Source: Nageia nagi
Lineage: Eukaryota; Plantae; Pinophyta
Direction of reading: 5' to 3'
NCBI GenBank assembly: GCA_050084985.1
Contig: JBITNC010000001.1
Span: 35,960,001 to 36,024,000 of the forward strand
Length of the DNA: 64,000 nucleotides
The position numbers and the translations under genes were made by a program. Below are positions 11,430 through 23,002 of this stretch, one piece after another; position 1 is the stretch's first letter, and every line of letters starts with the position of its first letter. Under the pieces are notes generated by a model, which worked only from the letters and a program-made list of their open reading frames with translations, ran no database searches and was not told the DNA's origin.

Positions 11430-11965
11430 ATGCGTTGCCGGGGCCGTAACTTTTGATCTGGAGGTCGTTTTGCTTCGAAATTTAAACTGTGGTTTCGTGA
11501 CGAAATTCCAGTTATGGCAGTTTGCTAGAACTGCCATACCCAAAAAATGATATTTTTAAGGCTTGATTCATTCGTCTAAGGCCTGAAAAATAGGCTTTTT
11601 TAAGAGCACTCCTGATTTTTAGGCTTTTTTTGCATGTTGCGCCTTTAGTAACTCTTGTTTTTCTTCTAGTTAAGGGTGGATATTTTAGATACTACTTAAT
11701 TAGTGTAAGAGGGATGCGCATGCAAATTTTGGGCGCAATCTGACTCATTTTGGTTTTTTTGTTTTTTTTTTGTGGCTATTTAAAGGGCATTGTATTCTCT
11801 TGGAGAGCATGTGGATTCAGGAATAAGAAGAGTATTTGTGGTCTGGATTTCTTTTGTATGTTCTGTGACTGGATTTCAATTTCTGTTTTCCTGTTATAGC
11901 TGAATTCACATCATAATTCCTAACTAATATTTCTTCACTTAACTCAAAATACCTCAACAACTGCA
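11430..11965. promoter_or_regulatory. CpG/CHG-retaining island (putative methylation-protected regulatory element)
   Basis: About 11 CpG within 11432-11735 and abundant CTG/CAG to ~11965, whereas CpG is only rarely scattered elsewhere in the window. Contains palindromes at 11493-11505 and 11513-11538 and a TATA-like box. Confidence 0.65.
11777..11785 (+). promoter_or_regulatory. TATA-like box TATTTAAAG
   Basis: GGCTATTTAAAGGG follows a poly-T tract within the CpG-retaining island. Confidence 0.45.
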
Positions 11966-14429
11966 TGTCAATGATGAACAAGTGTATTACACAACCAAAA
12001 TAATTATCTACATCTTGTAAATTTCAATTTCGCAAGAAAACACACAAAAAGATAGCAATATTTTCTCATTAAATTAAAATAAAGTGATTAGGATATCAAT
12101 GAACAAAGTATCCTTTGGTACTCTACAAATTTGAATATTGAGTTGTATACATTGGAGTAACATAAAAAATTCCCAATCCTCTTCAATATACTTTAATATG
12201 TACATCTTGGCACTACATTTCATTTACTATAACTGAAGAGTTAATCTTGAAAATTAAGAATTCCATCACCAACACATAATGGTATCCCCTTTTCCCCATA
12301 CTTTGGAGTTTGCATATACTAATACAAAACTATAAACTTGAGAATCTTATTAAAAGAGATAATTGGTTGTGTTTGTAAAATAAATACATGCTATAATTGA
12401 TGTTTGCAGTATATTATACTACACTTTATAAGTCCCAAATAAAGCTTGATTCAATTATAAAATGTAGAGACATTATTCCTAACTTTGAAGTTCCAAATAT
12501 CATGTGAAGGCATCAAAGAATTGTTCTAAATATTTTGACCAAAAATGTTTAAATATATCAATAAGTAATGTTTGAAAAAAAATTACAATGCCAATCACAA
12601 GTATTTTCTTATTAAAACTAATGAGCACACCCAAATGGCAACAAGGGACCTTACGTGAAACCTCATCAAATTTTCTTCTAGTGGCTAATGATGCTATGGT
12701 TTAGGAATGATACTCAGTAAATAAACTACATATTTAAACATATGAACTAATATTGATTAGAAAATAAAATGTATACCTATCAATGCTAAAATTTCATTCA
12801 TGATGGATGAATTGCTCCTTTAATAGAGAACTATGTTGTGGTTGATAACTTGAATGGTTTTCACACATGTGATAGGTAGCAAGCTAGTTTTCACCCACAC
12901 AACTTCCACTTAAGGTTAATTTCCTTCTTGTACTCTATCTTTAGGTCAATATGATCCTTCCCACACTAGTAGAATGACCATATTGTACTAATGTATCATA
13001 AAGATCCAAACTTCCACTCAAGCTCTGCAAGCCAATTCTAGATGGACCACTGCTACTCCACGATTGAGTTCATGATGCCACTTTATAAAGATTAAGTTGC
13101 TCATGATGTTGCTCCATAAAATGGAGCATAGTGCTTCCTCAAAATTTGATTCAACCAATGATTATACCACACAAGTATCTAATTAAATTGATGTTGCAAT
13201 GTTAAGTGCTAAGGCACTAGATGGTGGTACCTCAACTAGCATAGATGAAATAAATATAAGGGGTTACATTGATTATTATAGATGAATTAGAGAGATGCCA
13301 TAATGCTCTTCCTAATGAAGGATATAATTTTATACCCCTTATGAATTCAATTGAGTTATTGAAATATTTTTTATGAAATGTATAGATCTTTCTCACTAAT
13401 ATAGCCTCCAATGCTGCAATTTGCTCTAAATGAATGTGTGTGTTATTCAAATCTATTTTCTAGAAGTCCATTCTTCTAGTATATATAATGAAAAACCACT
13501 TCCCTTGCTCATTTACACCAACTTAGGGGTGGGGGTTTGTGGGATGGTTTTCTTAACATAGTCACTAGAAATAAATCCTTCTTCACATAACTTGGAAATG
13601 AAATAATAATAGAATAAAATAATAAACCTATTATAGTGACTAAAAAGGTTTGAATAATTACCTAGGTGAGTGTTTACCCTAGATCATTCATGTAATAGAT
13701 AAAAAAGACACGTAGATAGATCTACTATTGATGGTGTGGGATATGATTTACAAAGTTGTATTTTAGCATTTAAATATCCTTAGTAACCATTAGGTAGAGA
13801 TATTAGGATAGTAGGATCACCTAAATTCATACAATCCCTATTTTCTTATGTTGTATATTAGGAAACATGGTTGTGCATAATTTCTAAATGATCTTGGCCA
13901 TAATATTCCTAATTAGACTTTGGAATTGGCCAATTATTGACATAATTATCCACAAAAATAATGTCAAAAATGATAAGGCATCAATTCGCCACTTAATTTG
14001 TCAATTAGGTTAAGTGTATGAAGGTTATATGCAGTAATAGCCTTACTCTATTCTATGATTTATCACACACACATTTGCAAAAATTTAAATAGCATACTTT
14101 CATAATTGAAATAATTAAAGCAATAGATTTACTACTATGAAATAAAATAACATGATGATTACTTCTACTAGTTTAAGGGATCCCCTTCTTATTCTAGTAG
14201 AAGAACCTAAGAGAAAAATAGATACTAGAAAACTACTATTGCAATTTATTCATTTATTGAAAATAAAATGGTTATAAAAAATATAACCCCTCTTCTTGTA
14301 CATGAGAAGAGTATTTATTATTTTCTTTCTCTAAAACTTAAACTTAGAAATAAATTATTACAATAAAAGTAAAATAATTTGTCCTTTTTTTCTTGCAATG
14401 AAGTCTTTCTAACCATATTTGGTGTCTTG

Positions 14430-15092
14430 AGTTGCAGAAGATATATAGATATCCTAGTAAAGAAGAGACATGTTCCTCATGGATATGATCATCTAAATCT
14501 AACTATTTCTTTCCTATAAATTTTGGTAATAAATATCCCAACAACCCATCTTACAATAAGCTAATTTTTCACCATCATTAACTCTAGTTTGCTTCTCCAA
14601 CTACTTTGGCATCATCTTCCTCAAGTATGATCCTTTTCCATCTATAAAAACCATTATGAAATTATGAAACCCTAGATGAAGCATGTCAATGGCATTACTT
14701 CTCTTCCAACTACAAATTGTAAGAGTCTCATTTGGTGGATAATATTTGAAGTCTAGAGATACAAAACTCTATAGAGCCCATGAATAGAAGGAATTAATCT
14801 TCTCAAAGACTATAACATAAAATATGCAAAATTTTAATTTTCCAAAATAAGCTAAAAGAAGAACTCTCATGTGACCTTGGTATCCAATAGTAAGTATTAG
14901 TAATATAAAGAAACTAAAAATAAAACTTATTATTTAAATACTATAAAAACATGAAGTATTAGGAAATACCAAATATTGCATTTATCATCTAATTAGGCTA
15001 GTTACTATGATAAAATATGTAATTGATATACTAGAGAATCCTTTTTTAGTAACATTATTTTATCATAATGAGGCTATTTTTATGCCTCATCA
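14430..15092 (-). pseudogene. Second copy of the putative PPR gene 5' region
   Basis: About 520 bp direct repeat of 7590-8105 (for example GAAACCCTAG...ATGGCATTACTTCTC...AATAGAAGGAATTAATCT). The repeat is directly visible; the PPR assignment is inferred from its linkage to PPR motifs in the other copy. Confidence 0.55.
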
Positions 15093-15761
15093 CATATTAT
15101 ATGATCATTATAGTCCATAAAACTATGTTTTCATCATTTATTTTATCAATATATGCTTCTATAGTTTGTATACATGTCTATCAGGGAATTCATAATATCT
15201 AATAGAAATTTACTTTTCAAAAGTATTTGATGTATCTCTATTAGGTCCAAATTGAAGTTTAATGTAATTGTACAAATGATGGATTTTACCCTTTGGAAGG
15301 TTTTTATTATTGATACAAGTTTGCAAGACTTGAATTCATGTTAAAGAGCATATAAATTTATTACTCCTTCAACTGCCTATGTTTATAGTAAGTAGAGTGT
15401 GCATTACTCCTTCAACCACCCAAATCAATGGTGTCTTTATGTTTGATGTGAATATGAATTTTTCTATTAACCCTCATGGTAATTATCAATATCCAATGCC
15501 TATAAATGATCTAGTTGAAGCACCTATCAAGGAACTAGAAATTATGACCCACCAACATTAGTTGAACCATTTGAACCTACACCATCAATGGCATAGATAC
15601 TAGGTACATCATCACCATCACTAGTAACATGAACAAAAGGGGTGGATAAATGGGTGGGAGTAATAAAAATATGTATTTATCCTTAAATAACTTTCATATT
15701 TCTCTTAGTCACTCATGATATTAAAGTATTTATAGCCTTCATTCATTAGACCTAGATGGAT

Positions 15762-15945
15762 GAATGTGAGCCTTATGCATTCTTCCACATTTTTCATGCA
15801 TATCTATTAGGGAATTTAGAAACACAACATTCAATCAAAAAATATTTTCAAATACTCTTTTATGGATTTCCATATGTTCTTCTAGATCTCCCATGGTGGC
15901 ACATGTAGGAAGAATATTGGGAAAGGTTGTAGAGTATGTATTTAC
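15762..15945 (-). pseudogene. PPR L/S-motif remnant
   Basis: Minus strand reads STTFPNILPTCATMGDLEEHMEIHKRVFENIF*LNVVFLNSLIDMHEKCGRMHKAH, matching TF.SILPACA.MG.LE.G..IH / N.LIDMYAKCG. Confidence 0.85.
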
Positions 15946-15946
15946 A

Positions 15947-16230
15947 CACTAGTGAAGAAAACTCATAGTCTCCCTCTTCTCTCTCGATTGAAATAAAATG
16001 TACAAATGAGTTTCAAGGGTATGTAGCTATCTAGGTAGGAAAGTACATTTTGAGTTCTTGCCTTATAATTTTTTTTTAAATTAATTTTGAGGGGAAATTT
16101 TAAATTGGCACCTTATGATTTATGGTGGCAATTTAAAACTACCCCATAAAAACCTCTACTAAATATAAAAAAATAGGTGGTTAAAAATCATCCCAACAAA
16201 ATCACCTAAAATTTATTACCTCCAAAAGTC
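15947..16230 (+). mobile_element. Possible CACTA transposon terminus
   Basis: CACTAGTGAAGAAAA begins exactly where PPR homology stops; no partner TIR or 3-bp TSD found. Confidence 0.3.
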
Positions 16231-16329
16231 ATTTTTGGTTTAATGAATAATATAACTATCATAAATAAGTTTCCTAAGGCATTAGATAACCCTTAAGAAA
16301 CTTATAATTTTAGTCATATAATTGGGCCT

Positions 16330-18230
16330 AGGCCACTTAATAATGACTCTAATATTTTTAGGATCAATCTTAAGTTGTCCCTCACCAATGACATGTTTTA
16401 TGTACACCAAAAAATATTTTACAAACTCACACTTTCTCATTTTTAAAATAAATTTCTCATGCTTGTAAGTTTGAAGAACTTCTCTAAGATATACTGTGTG
16501 TACATCCTAGAAATTATTATACAAAATAATATCATCTAAGTGCATAGTAATAAAATAATGAATAAAAGGTCTGAGAACTTCATTCATTATCCTCATGAAA
16601 GTATCAATGCATTCATAGGAAAAAAGGTAACAAAAGTAACTCAAACAAGCCTTATCTTATCATGAAATTATTCTTCAAAATATCCTCTTCCTTGATACTT
16701 ACTTGATGATATCCACTCTTGAGGTCAAATTTAGAAAAAATTATACCCCCCTACAACTAATCCATAAGATCATCAATATGAGAAAATTGATAATGATTCT
16801 TCATCATTATTTTGTTCAATGCTTGATAATCAACACACATCCACCAAGATCCATTCCTCTTAGGTACAATAACCATAGGTGATACACATGGAGAGGTGTT
16901 AGGTTTAATTTCCTCTTGATCCAAAATCTCCTAGATATTCTACTTAATCTCTTCACATTCCATAATTAATTGTTTATGCAACCTAATATTTATAAGATGT
17001 AAATTAGGTAATAATTGAATCTCATGTACATTACTTCTTTGGGGTGGTAATCCTTTTGGATCAACAAAAACCTCTTAAAACTCTTGTAAAATAGTCTACA
17101 ATTGCATTTATTATTTGTTGAGCATTGAGTCTTCTTATAATGATGATTCTATTATACAATTTATACATGTTGTCTCAATATAACTATTGTGAACTAGTCT
17201 AATGATTACAAATATAAACATCTTACTAGCATTAAAAAGTCCCTTTGCTTGGTTTGTTGTAACCAACTTCATTCACTTTTAGCTTCTATGGGTATTAACA
17301 TCATATGATTTTCTATATTTAACCACCCTATATTAGTTTAACCTTCTGAAATAAATGACATCTCTTTCATGAGATAAGGATTACCAAATATAACACCACA
17401 AATATCAAGTGGTACTACATCAACAACTACTTCATTAATGAATATTTTACTTATTACAAATGTAAATTTACATTATTTTGTAAATTGTAATTTGGCATCT
17501 TTGTACACCCAACCTAAAGGATATGAATGAGGATGGTTATAAGTCTTCAATCCCAACTTATTCACCAAGTGTTTAGCCATGAGGTTAGCTTATGTTCTAA
17601 GATGAAAGATTGATTCAATTATGGTCTTCTTCATTTGAATCTTAAGATAAAAGAGTTGCATATTATTCTACTCTTCATCATATTTCCTTTTATTATTTTT
17701 TACATCCTTTTCAATATTTTTGTATTACTGCACATGTAATATCATCATCTACATCAAAACTATCATCAATACTCTCACTCTTAGTTATCATATCATTCTT
17801 CTTCTTATAATTCTTCTTTTTATGTAGATCATTTTTAGGGTGAATCTTCTAACACTTTTATTTAATATTAAAATCCTTATCATAATGTGAATAATTATTA
17901 TTTCATTTATCTTTCTTGGTAGTGTTTTTCATCTTCTTCTCTTGTTTCTTTTCCTTACCTTTATCTTGAGATTTCCTCTTATCATGTCCACTTTTGTGAT
18001 GTTGATTCTTATTGGAGTAATCACCTTATTTCTTCTTATTTTAATTTTCTAGGTATTATGCTTGCACATTACTTATTCCAAATATGATGGATTGAATAAC
18101 ATTATTATTATTTTTAAATGAACATGAATATTTTCAACATACTTCATCAAAATATATGGATCTTTCAAAAAAATACCTAACAAGATAGCTTGCTTTATAA
18201 ACTATATAGTATAGTCTTGATGTGGATGAT
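16330..18230 (-). mobile_element. Ty3/gypsy (chromovirus/CRM-like) gag-protease-RT fragment
   Basis: Minus strand motifs FSKFDLKSGYHQV (~16700-16740), MHLDDI (YLDD equivalent, ~16530-16547) and KLGLKTYNHPHSYPLGW (~17510-17560). Many stops. Confidence 0.8.
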
Positions 18231-18678
18231 AAATCATGTGAATAAACATAAGGTAAATCCATAGAGATGAAACTTATTCAAATATACATATAAATAAATA
18301 AAAAGTTTATATTTAATTATGATATGATAATCCTTAAGATGGGGCAAGGAGGTATGGAGGTTTGGATCATATCAGAGACAAATAAGTGATGATGCCTCCT
18401 CAATTTCTAACTCTAGATCATGAACTTGTATAATACTAATGATGTTCCAAATTTAGGATATAGATGATGCTAAACCTATAGAATTATATAGCATGCAAAA
18501 TATAACATGTAATAATAGCTTAAAGAAAATAAATCTTCCAATAGGTGGCATCAAGAGACATGTAAGTATGATGTATGGGATAACCACCTATCAGAGAGAT
18601 CTATTAGGGATGTCAACCTTCAATTTTTGTATTCATAACCTATGAGGAAATAAAAAGGAGTGAAAGTTGATTCATATA

Positions 18679-18872
18679 AATAATATAATCACTATTATAC
18701 ATAATATATTTAAACTATAAACCATGGTAAATAATATAGTATTTAATATAACACATGGTATTACATTGTTATATCAACTTTATCTTGATATTCATAATAT
18801 TACTTTTAATTCATTAGAAAAATCTAAAATATAACTTATTAAATAAATAATAAATTATTTTTAGGTATCCAT
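18679..18872 (+). repeat. ~195-bp dispersed direct repeat, copy 1 (LTR-end-like)
   Basis: Aligns with 20060-20254 (CACATGGTATTACATTGT...TTATTAAATAAATAATAAAT). Confidence 0.8.
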
Positions 18873-20059
18873 AGTTTCTTCCTCATTGGATATGAAATGA
18901 AATGTTTTAAAATTACATAATCCAATGAAGTTTAGAGAAGTGAAATTTTTTATAATCAAACTAAGCTTCCCTTTTACAATTCATATGTTGAGTATGATAT
19001 CTCATTTTCCCCTTTTAGTTTATAATTGGCCCTTGATTTTCACTTATAAGGGGTAATTAGTCCAAAATGGTATCTTGTGTGGGAGTGGCTTTTTAGGTAC
19101 CATGGAAGTTCTAATCTTAGGGATAATATGTGGAAACAAAAGAAATAATACCCACATAGATCACATCCATGATATTCAAATTAAAAGAAGCAAGGATGAA
19201 ATTAATATAATGTTGCTTTGTAGACTACTATTGTTACAACTCATAGTATATAATCACCTAGTTGATGAGGTATTTGATATGCCCCAATCTTTTCATTTCT
19301 TTTTTGTTACATTGACCTGTAATTTTGAAGAAATTATGCTCATGGGATTGCCATGGTGTAGAATTTTGAAATATTGTTAGTAGCATATGTGTTTTTGTAG
19401 AAAATAATAAGTTGGAAAACATATACATTACAATTTTTATATGCCTCATATTTAGATATTAAATGGTGTTTATTCAAGAAAGAATTTCATTTTTACATCT
19501 CTTACATCTTGAGTTCAATATATAGCATGTCATGAATACATTGATTTTTGTGTAATTAGCAAAACTTATTTTTACATATTTGATTGTTGTTACAATTTTA
19601 GGCATATTTATGAAATAATGGCATTTTTATAAGCTCATTCAATGATATAATATTTTTTACCTTTTAATTAAAATTGCATTTAAAACCAGGGCACAAACAT
19701 TTCTATTTTCTTAAAATTAGCTTTTCAAAAATAACTTTTCATGAATATAACATAAATTTCTACTAAAATAAACATAAAAATTATTATCTTCATCCATCAT
19801 TTTAAAGAAATTTAAATGGGTACATATCTAGGGTTTAAGACCAAAATATGTTAAAATTAAATTTTGACTTATCTTTTTCACTTCTTCTATGATTCACTAA
19901 GCTAGGGATGCTACCAACTTTCTCTACAACCAAGTCTCTTGACCTATCTTCTACCAATCTAGATCCCTTATATTTTATTCATTATGTGGGACCCTCTAAC
20001 TTCTATTTGATCCCTATATTTTGGTGTTTGCATTGACATGATGGAGGTTAACTTGCAAA

Positions 20060-20254
20060 AATAATATAATCATTATTATATTCAATATATTTTTAAATAT
20101 GAACCATAATAAATAATGTAGCATTTAATATAGCACATGGTATTACATTGTAATATCAAGTTTATCTTGATATGTGTAATATTACTTTTAATTCTTTAGA
20201 GAAATATAAAATATAATTTATTAAATAAATAATAAATCATTTTTTGGTTTCTAT
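20060..20254 (+). repeat. ~195-bp dispersed direct repeat, copy 2
   Basis: Aligns with 18679-18872. Confidence 0.8.
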
Positions 20255-20389
20255 ACTTGGACTAATTATCTTTTTTATTTTCTAATGTATTTTTATTTAA
20301 TTAGTTGCTTACTATGATGATCTAATAGATAGAACTGATCTTTGAGTCACTAGAAGAAAATTTAGGCTTTTAGAGTTAAAATTTAAAAT

Positions 20390-21261
20390 AACATACATAA
20401 TTACAAGAAAATGGAGCAAATCATATTGGCCTTAGCTTTGGCCTTTCTTATATTCTACATTCTAGTATAAATTGAGTAGTGTTTTAGTACAATATTCAAT
20501 CAAGCTCTCTAGATCTCACAAATAATAAAACTATAAAGAGATTATGGGAAAAATACAATAAACTCACTTAAGTACATAACACCAAATTAAACAAATTAAA
20601 AAAGAGGGAGGAATATGAGAGTGCAATCAAAGAAGCTATAGAAGAAATTCTAGATGAGGAGGCCCTTGTTATCTCTTACAATGCATTGGCAAGAATTACC
20701 ACCCCTCAAACTATGAAGCTCAAAGGGTTTTTTAAAAAGTACCCTCTCATAATATTATTGGATTTAGGAAGTACTCATAATTTCATTGATCCATGAGTGG
20801 CTAAATTTGTTGATTGTTACATACATCCTACAAATAATTTTGAGGTTATGGTTGGTAATGGAGGAAAAATAGCATGTAAAAGCACATGTCACAATGTCAA
20901 ACTAAGCATGGACCACTATACTTTGAAAAGTGACATGTATGCTTTACCACTTGGGGCATGTGATATAGTTTTTGGGGTACAATGGTTGAGGACTTTAGGA
21001 ATTGTACAGTGGAATTTTGCAGAGCTATGGATGACCTTCAAAATAGATGAACAAGAGCACACTCTCAGGGGATTACAGGATGGATTTGTACAAATTGTGA
21101 GCTCACATTGCATGGAAAAGATCCTAAAAAAAATTGGAAAGGGAATGCTGGCACAGTTACATTCCTTGGATATACATCAACAATAGTTAATACATATACT
21201 AAACTAAGAAGAAAACTACTAAAAATAGCCTAGGAAATATGTCTTTGTATTTGGCCATAAC
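20390..21261 (+). repeat. Unclassified repeat, copy 1 (interrupted by a protease fragment)
   Basis: 20390-20600 and 21160-21261 align colinearly with 22677-23002. Confidence 0.8.
20605..21186 (+). pseudogene. Ty3/gypsy aspartic protease (RVP_2-type) fragment
   Basis: In frame with ORF 20797-21186: ISYNALARITTPQTMKLKG...LLDLGSTHNFIDP*VAK...DIVFGVQWLRTLG. The catalytic DSG is mutated to DLG and there is one in-frame TGA. Confidence 0.9.
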
Positions 21262-22640
21262 TGTTGGATTTGGCCATAATGTGGGATCTAACAAGATTAT
21301 TTTCAAGTGATAATGAAATAAAATTAAATAAAAAGGTAATAGAACCATATAACAAATGAATTTACCCTAGTTAATCAAATTTGGGCTACATTCAATAAGA
21401 ATAAGAAGCATCAACTCCTTAATATTATATTATCAATGCTCTATATAATCAAATAAAATCATCTCTAGATCATATAATATAAAATCACATATGCAACTAT
21501 AGCACATCCAATGATCTACATATAACAAGCATCATAAAATCTATATATCATAAATATATGATATAAATATCATCCTATACCATATGAGTTCTCCATAGTC
21601 TATACATTAATGTTACACTATGCTCAACACTATACACTCCATATGTATTTCAAGATATGTATATCATGTCTACCATACATAATATGATCACACATAATGT
21701 GATCCATATGAATACCAACATGAACCATATACTATCATTATGTGATATGCTCAAATCTTGAGCACACTTGACCCTCTCAATATCTAATCCAAGATCCACC
21801 ACCATGTACTCCCATGCCCAACCCAAGGTATACACACTAGTCCATGATCCTTTTAGGATTATTTAAAGGTTTTTATAGGATATTGGATGCATATTACACT
21901 ACCATAATTATAAAATAAATATATCATAAAACCACATAGTATTATTACAATAAAATGAGCATAAAACCATGGGCTAGAACCACCCATTACATTTTGTCCA
22001 ATTATCTCCCCTTGAAAAATGTAATTGTAGTCCTTACAAAAATAGTTAACTTATAGAATTCATAAATTTTGATATAGAGCTCTATTTTATGCATTATTTA
22101 TAAAATTATAAATTTCTAAATGTGTAGAATATACATAAAACAAATTTCCCATTTGGAGCATCATAGGACCTTCATTTTTCACCTACACCAAAACATAGTT
22201 GGAAAAAATATTTCTTTTCAAAGGATGAAACATAGTCAACAATATCCTACTTGTTGAATCCTTTGTAAAGGGATAAACCAATCCTAAAAACTCACCAATA
22301 TAATACATATATTCAAGATTGAATATAAATTTACTTAGAGCTCCCACTCCATTATTATCACTAATATGATCCATATCACATATAAAACATCTGTAACATT
22401 CATACAAGGACATGAACATATCTACCTTAGCAGATTAATATACAATATCTATTCTTAAATGATTTACCACCATTAATTATTCCATATTCAATGTATAAGG
22501 TTCCCACTTTAACATATATCTTTTATAAAACTTATATCCCCACTATATCTAAGACACCAAGATTTGATCCCAAATCTTACTCACCAAGGCTATAATCAAA
22601 CATAAAACTTTTGCAATAAAGGCATCCCTCTATTTCCTAC
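21262..22640 (-). mobile_element. Ty1/copia 3' end (3' LTR, PPT, RNase H tail)
   Basis: LTR-like segment TGTTGG...TCCAA (21262 to ~22003), PPT CAAGGGGAGA on the minus strand (~22005-22014), and ORF 22183-22419 with an RNase H-tail-like LEY...PFTK. Confidence 0.6.
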
Positions 22641-22676
22641 AACCAAGCTTTATTATTAAATGAAGAACTAAAAGAA

Positions 22677-23002
22677 AATACATAATTACAAGAATATGGA
22701 GCAAATTAGATTGACCTTGGCCTTTCTTATATTCTATAGTTTAGAAAACATTTAGTAGAGTTTTAGTACAATATTCAATCAAGCTCTTTAGAGCTCACAA
22801 ATAATAAAAATACAAAGAGATTATGAGAAAAATACAAAACAATGGCTTAAGTACACAACACAAAACTAAAAAAATGAAATCCCTAACCCTATCTCCTCTC
22901 ATTCATTGGATCTACATCAACAGTAGCTATTACATCTACAAGACTAATAAGAAAACTATTAAAAATAGCTGGAAAATATGTCTTCATGTTTTGGCCATAA
23001 CT
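22677..23002 (+). repeat. Unclassified repeat, copy 2 (uninterrupted)
   Basis: Aligns with 20390-20600 plus 21160-21261. Confidence 0.8.

Noticed and set aside
11540-11820. Pol III type-3 gene (telomerase RNA or U-snRNA) on the minus strand: USE-like ATCCACATGC 22 nt before TTTAAATAG, with downstream T-runs
   Set aside because: The USE is imperfect, there is no telomeric template (CTAAACCCT-like) in the would-be transcript, and no snRNA motif was recognised.
11798-11822. Resemblance of TTGGAGAG to a known conifer miRNA
   Set aside because: Only about 8 nt match; not enough to assign a family.
12700-13450. Coding-like stretch, including ORF 13232-13450
   Set aside because: No recognisable motif in the frames I translated; left unassigned.
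19075-19449. Overlapping ORFs as a host gene fragment (weak NAC-like PW/FF pattern)
   Set aside because: The similarity is too weak and the diagnostic motifs are missing.
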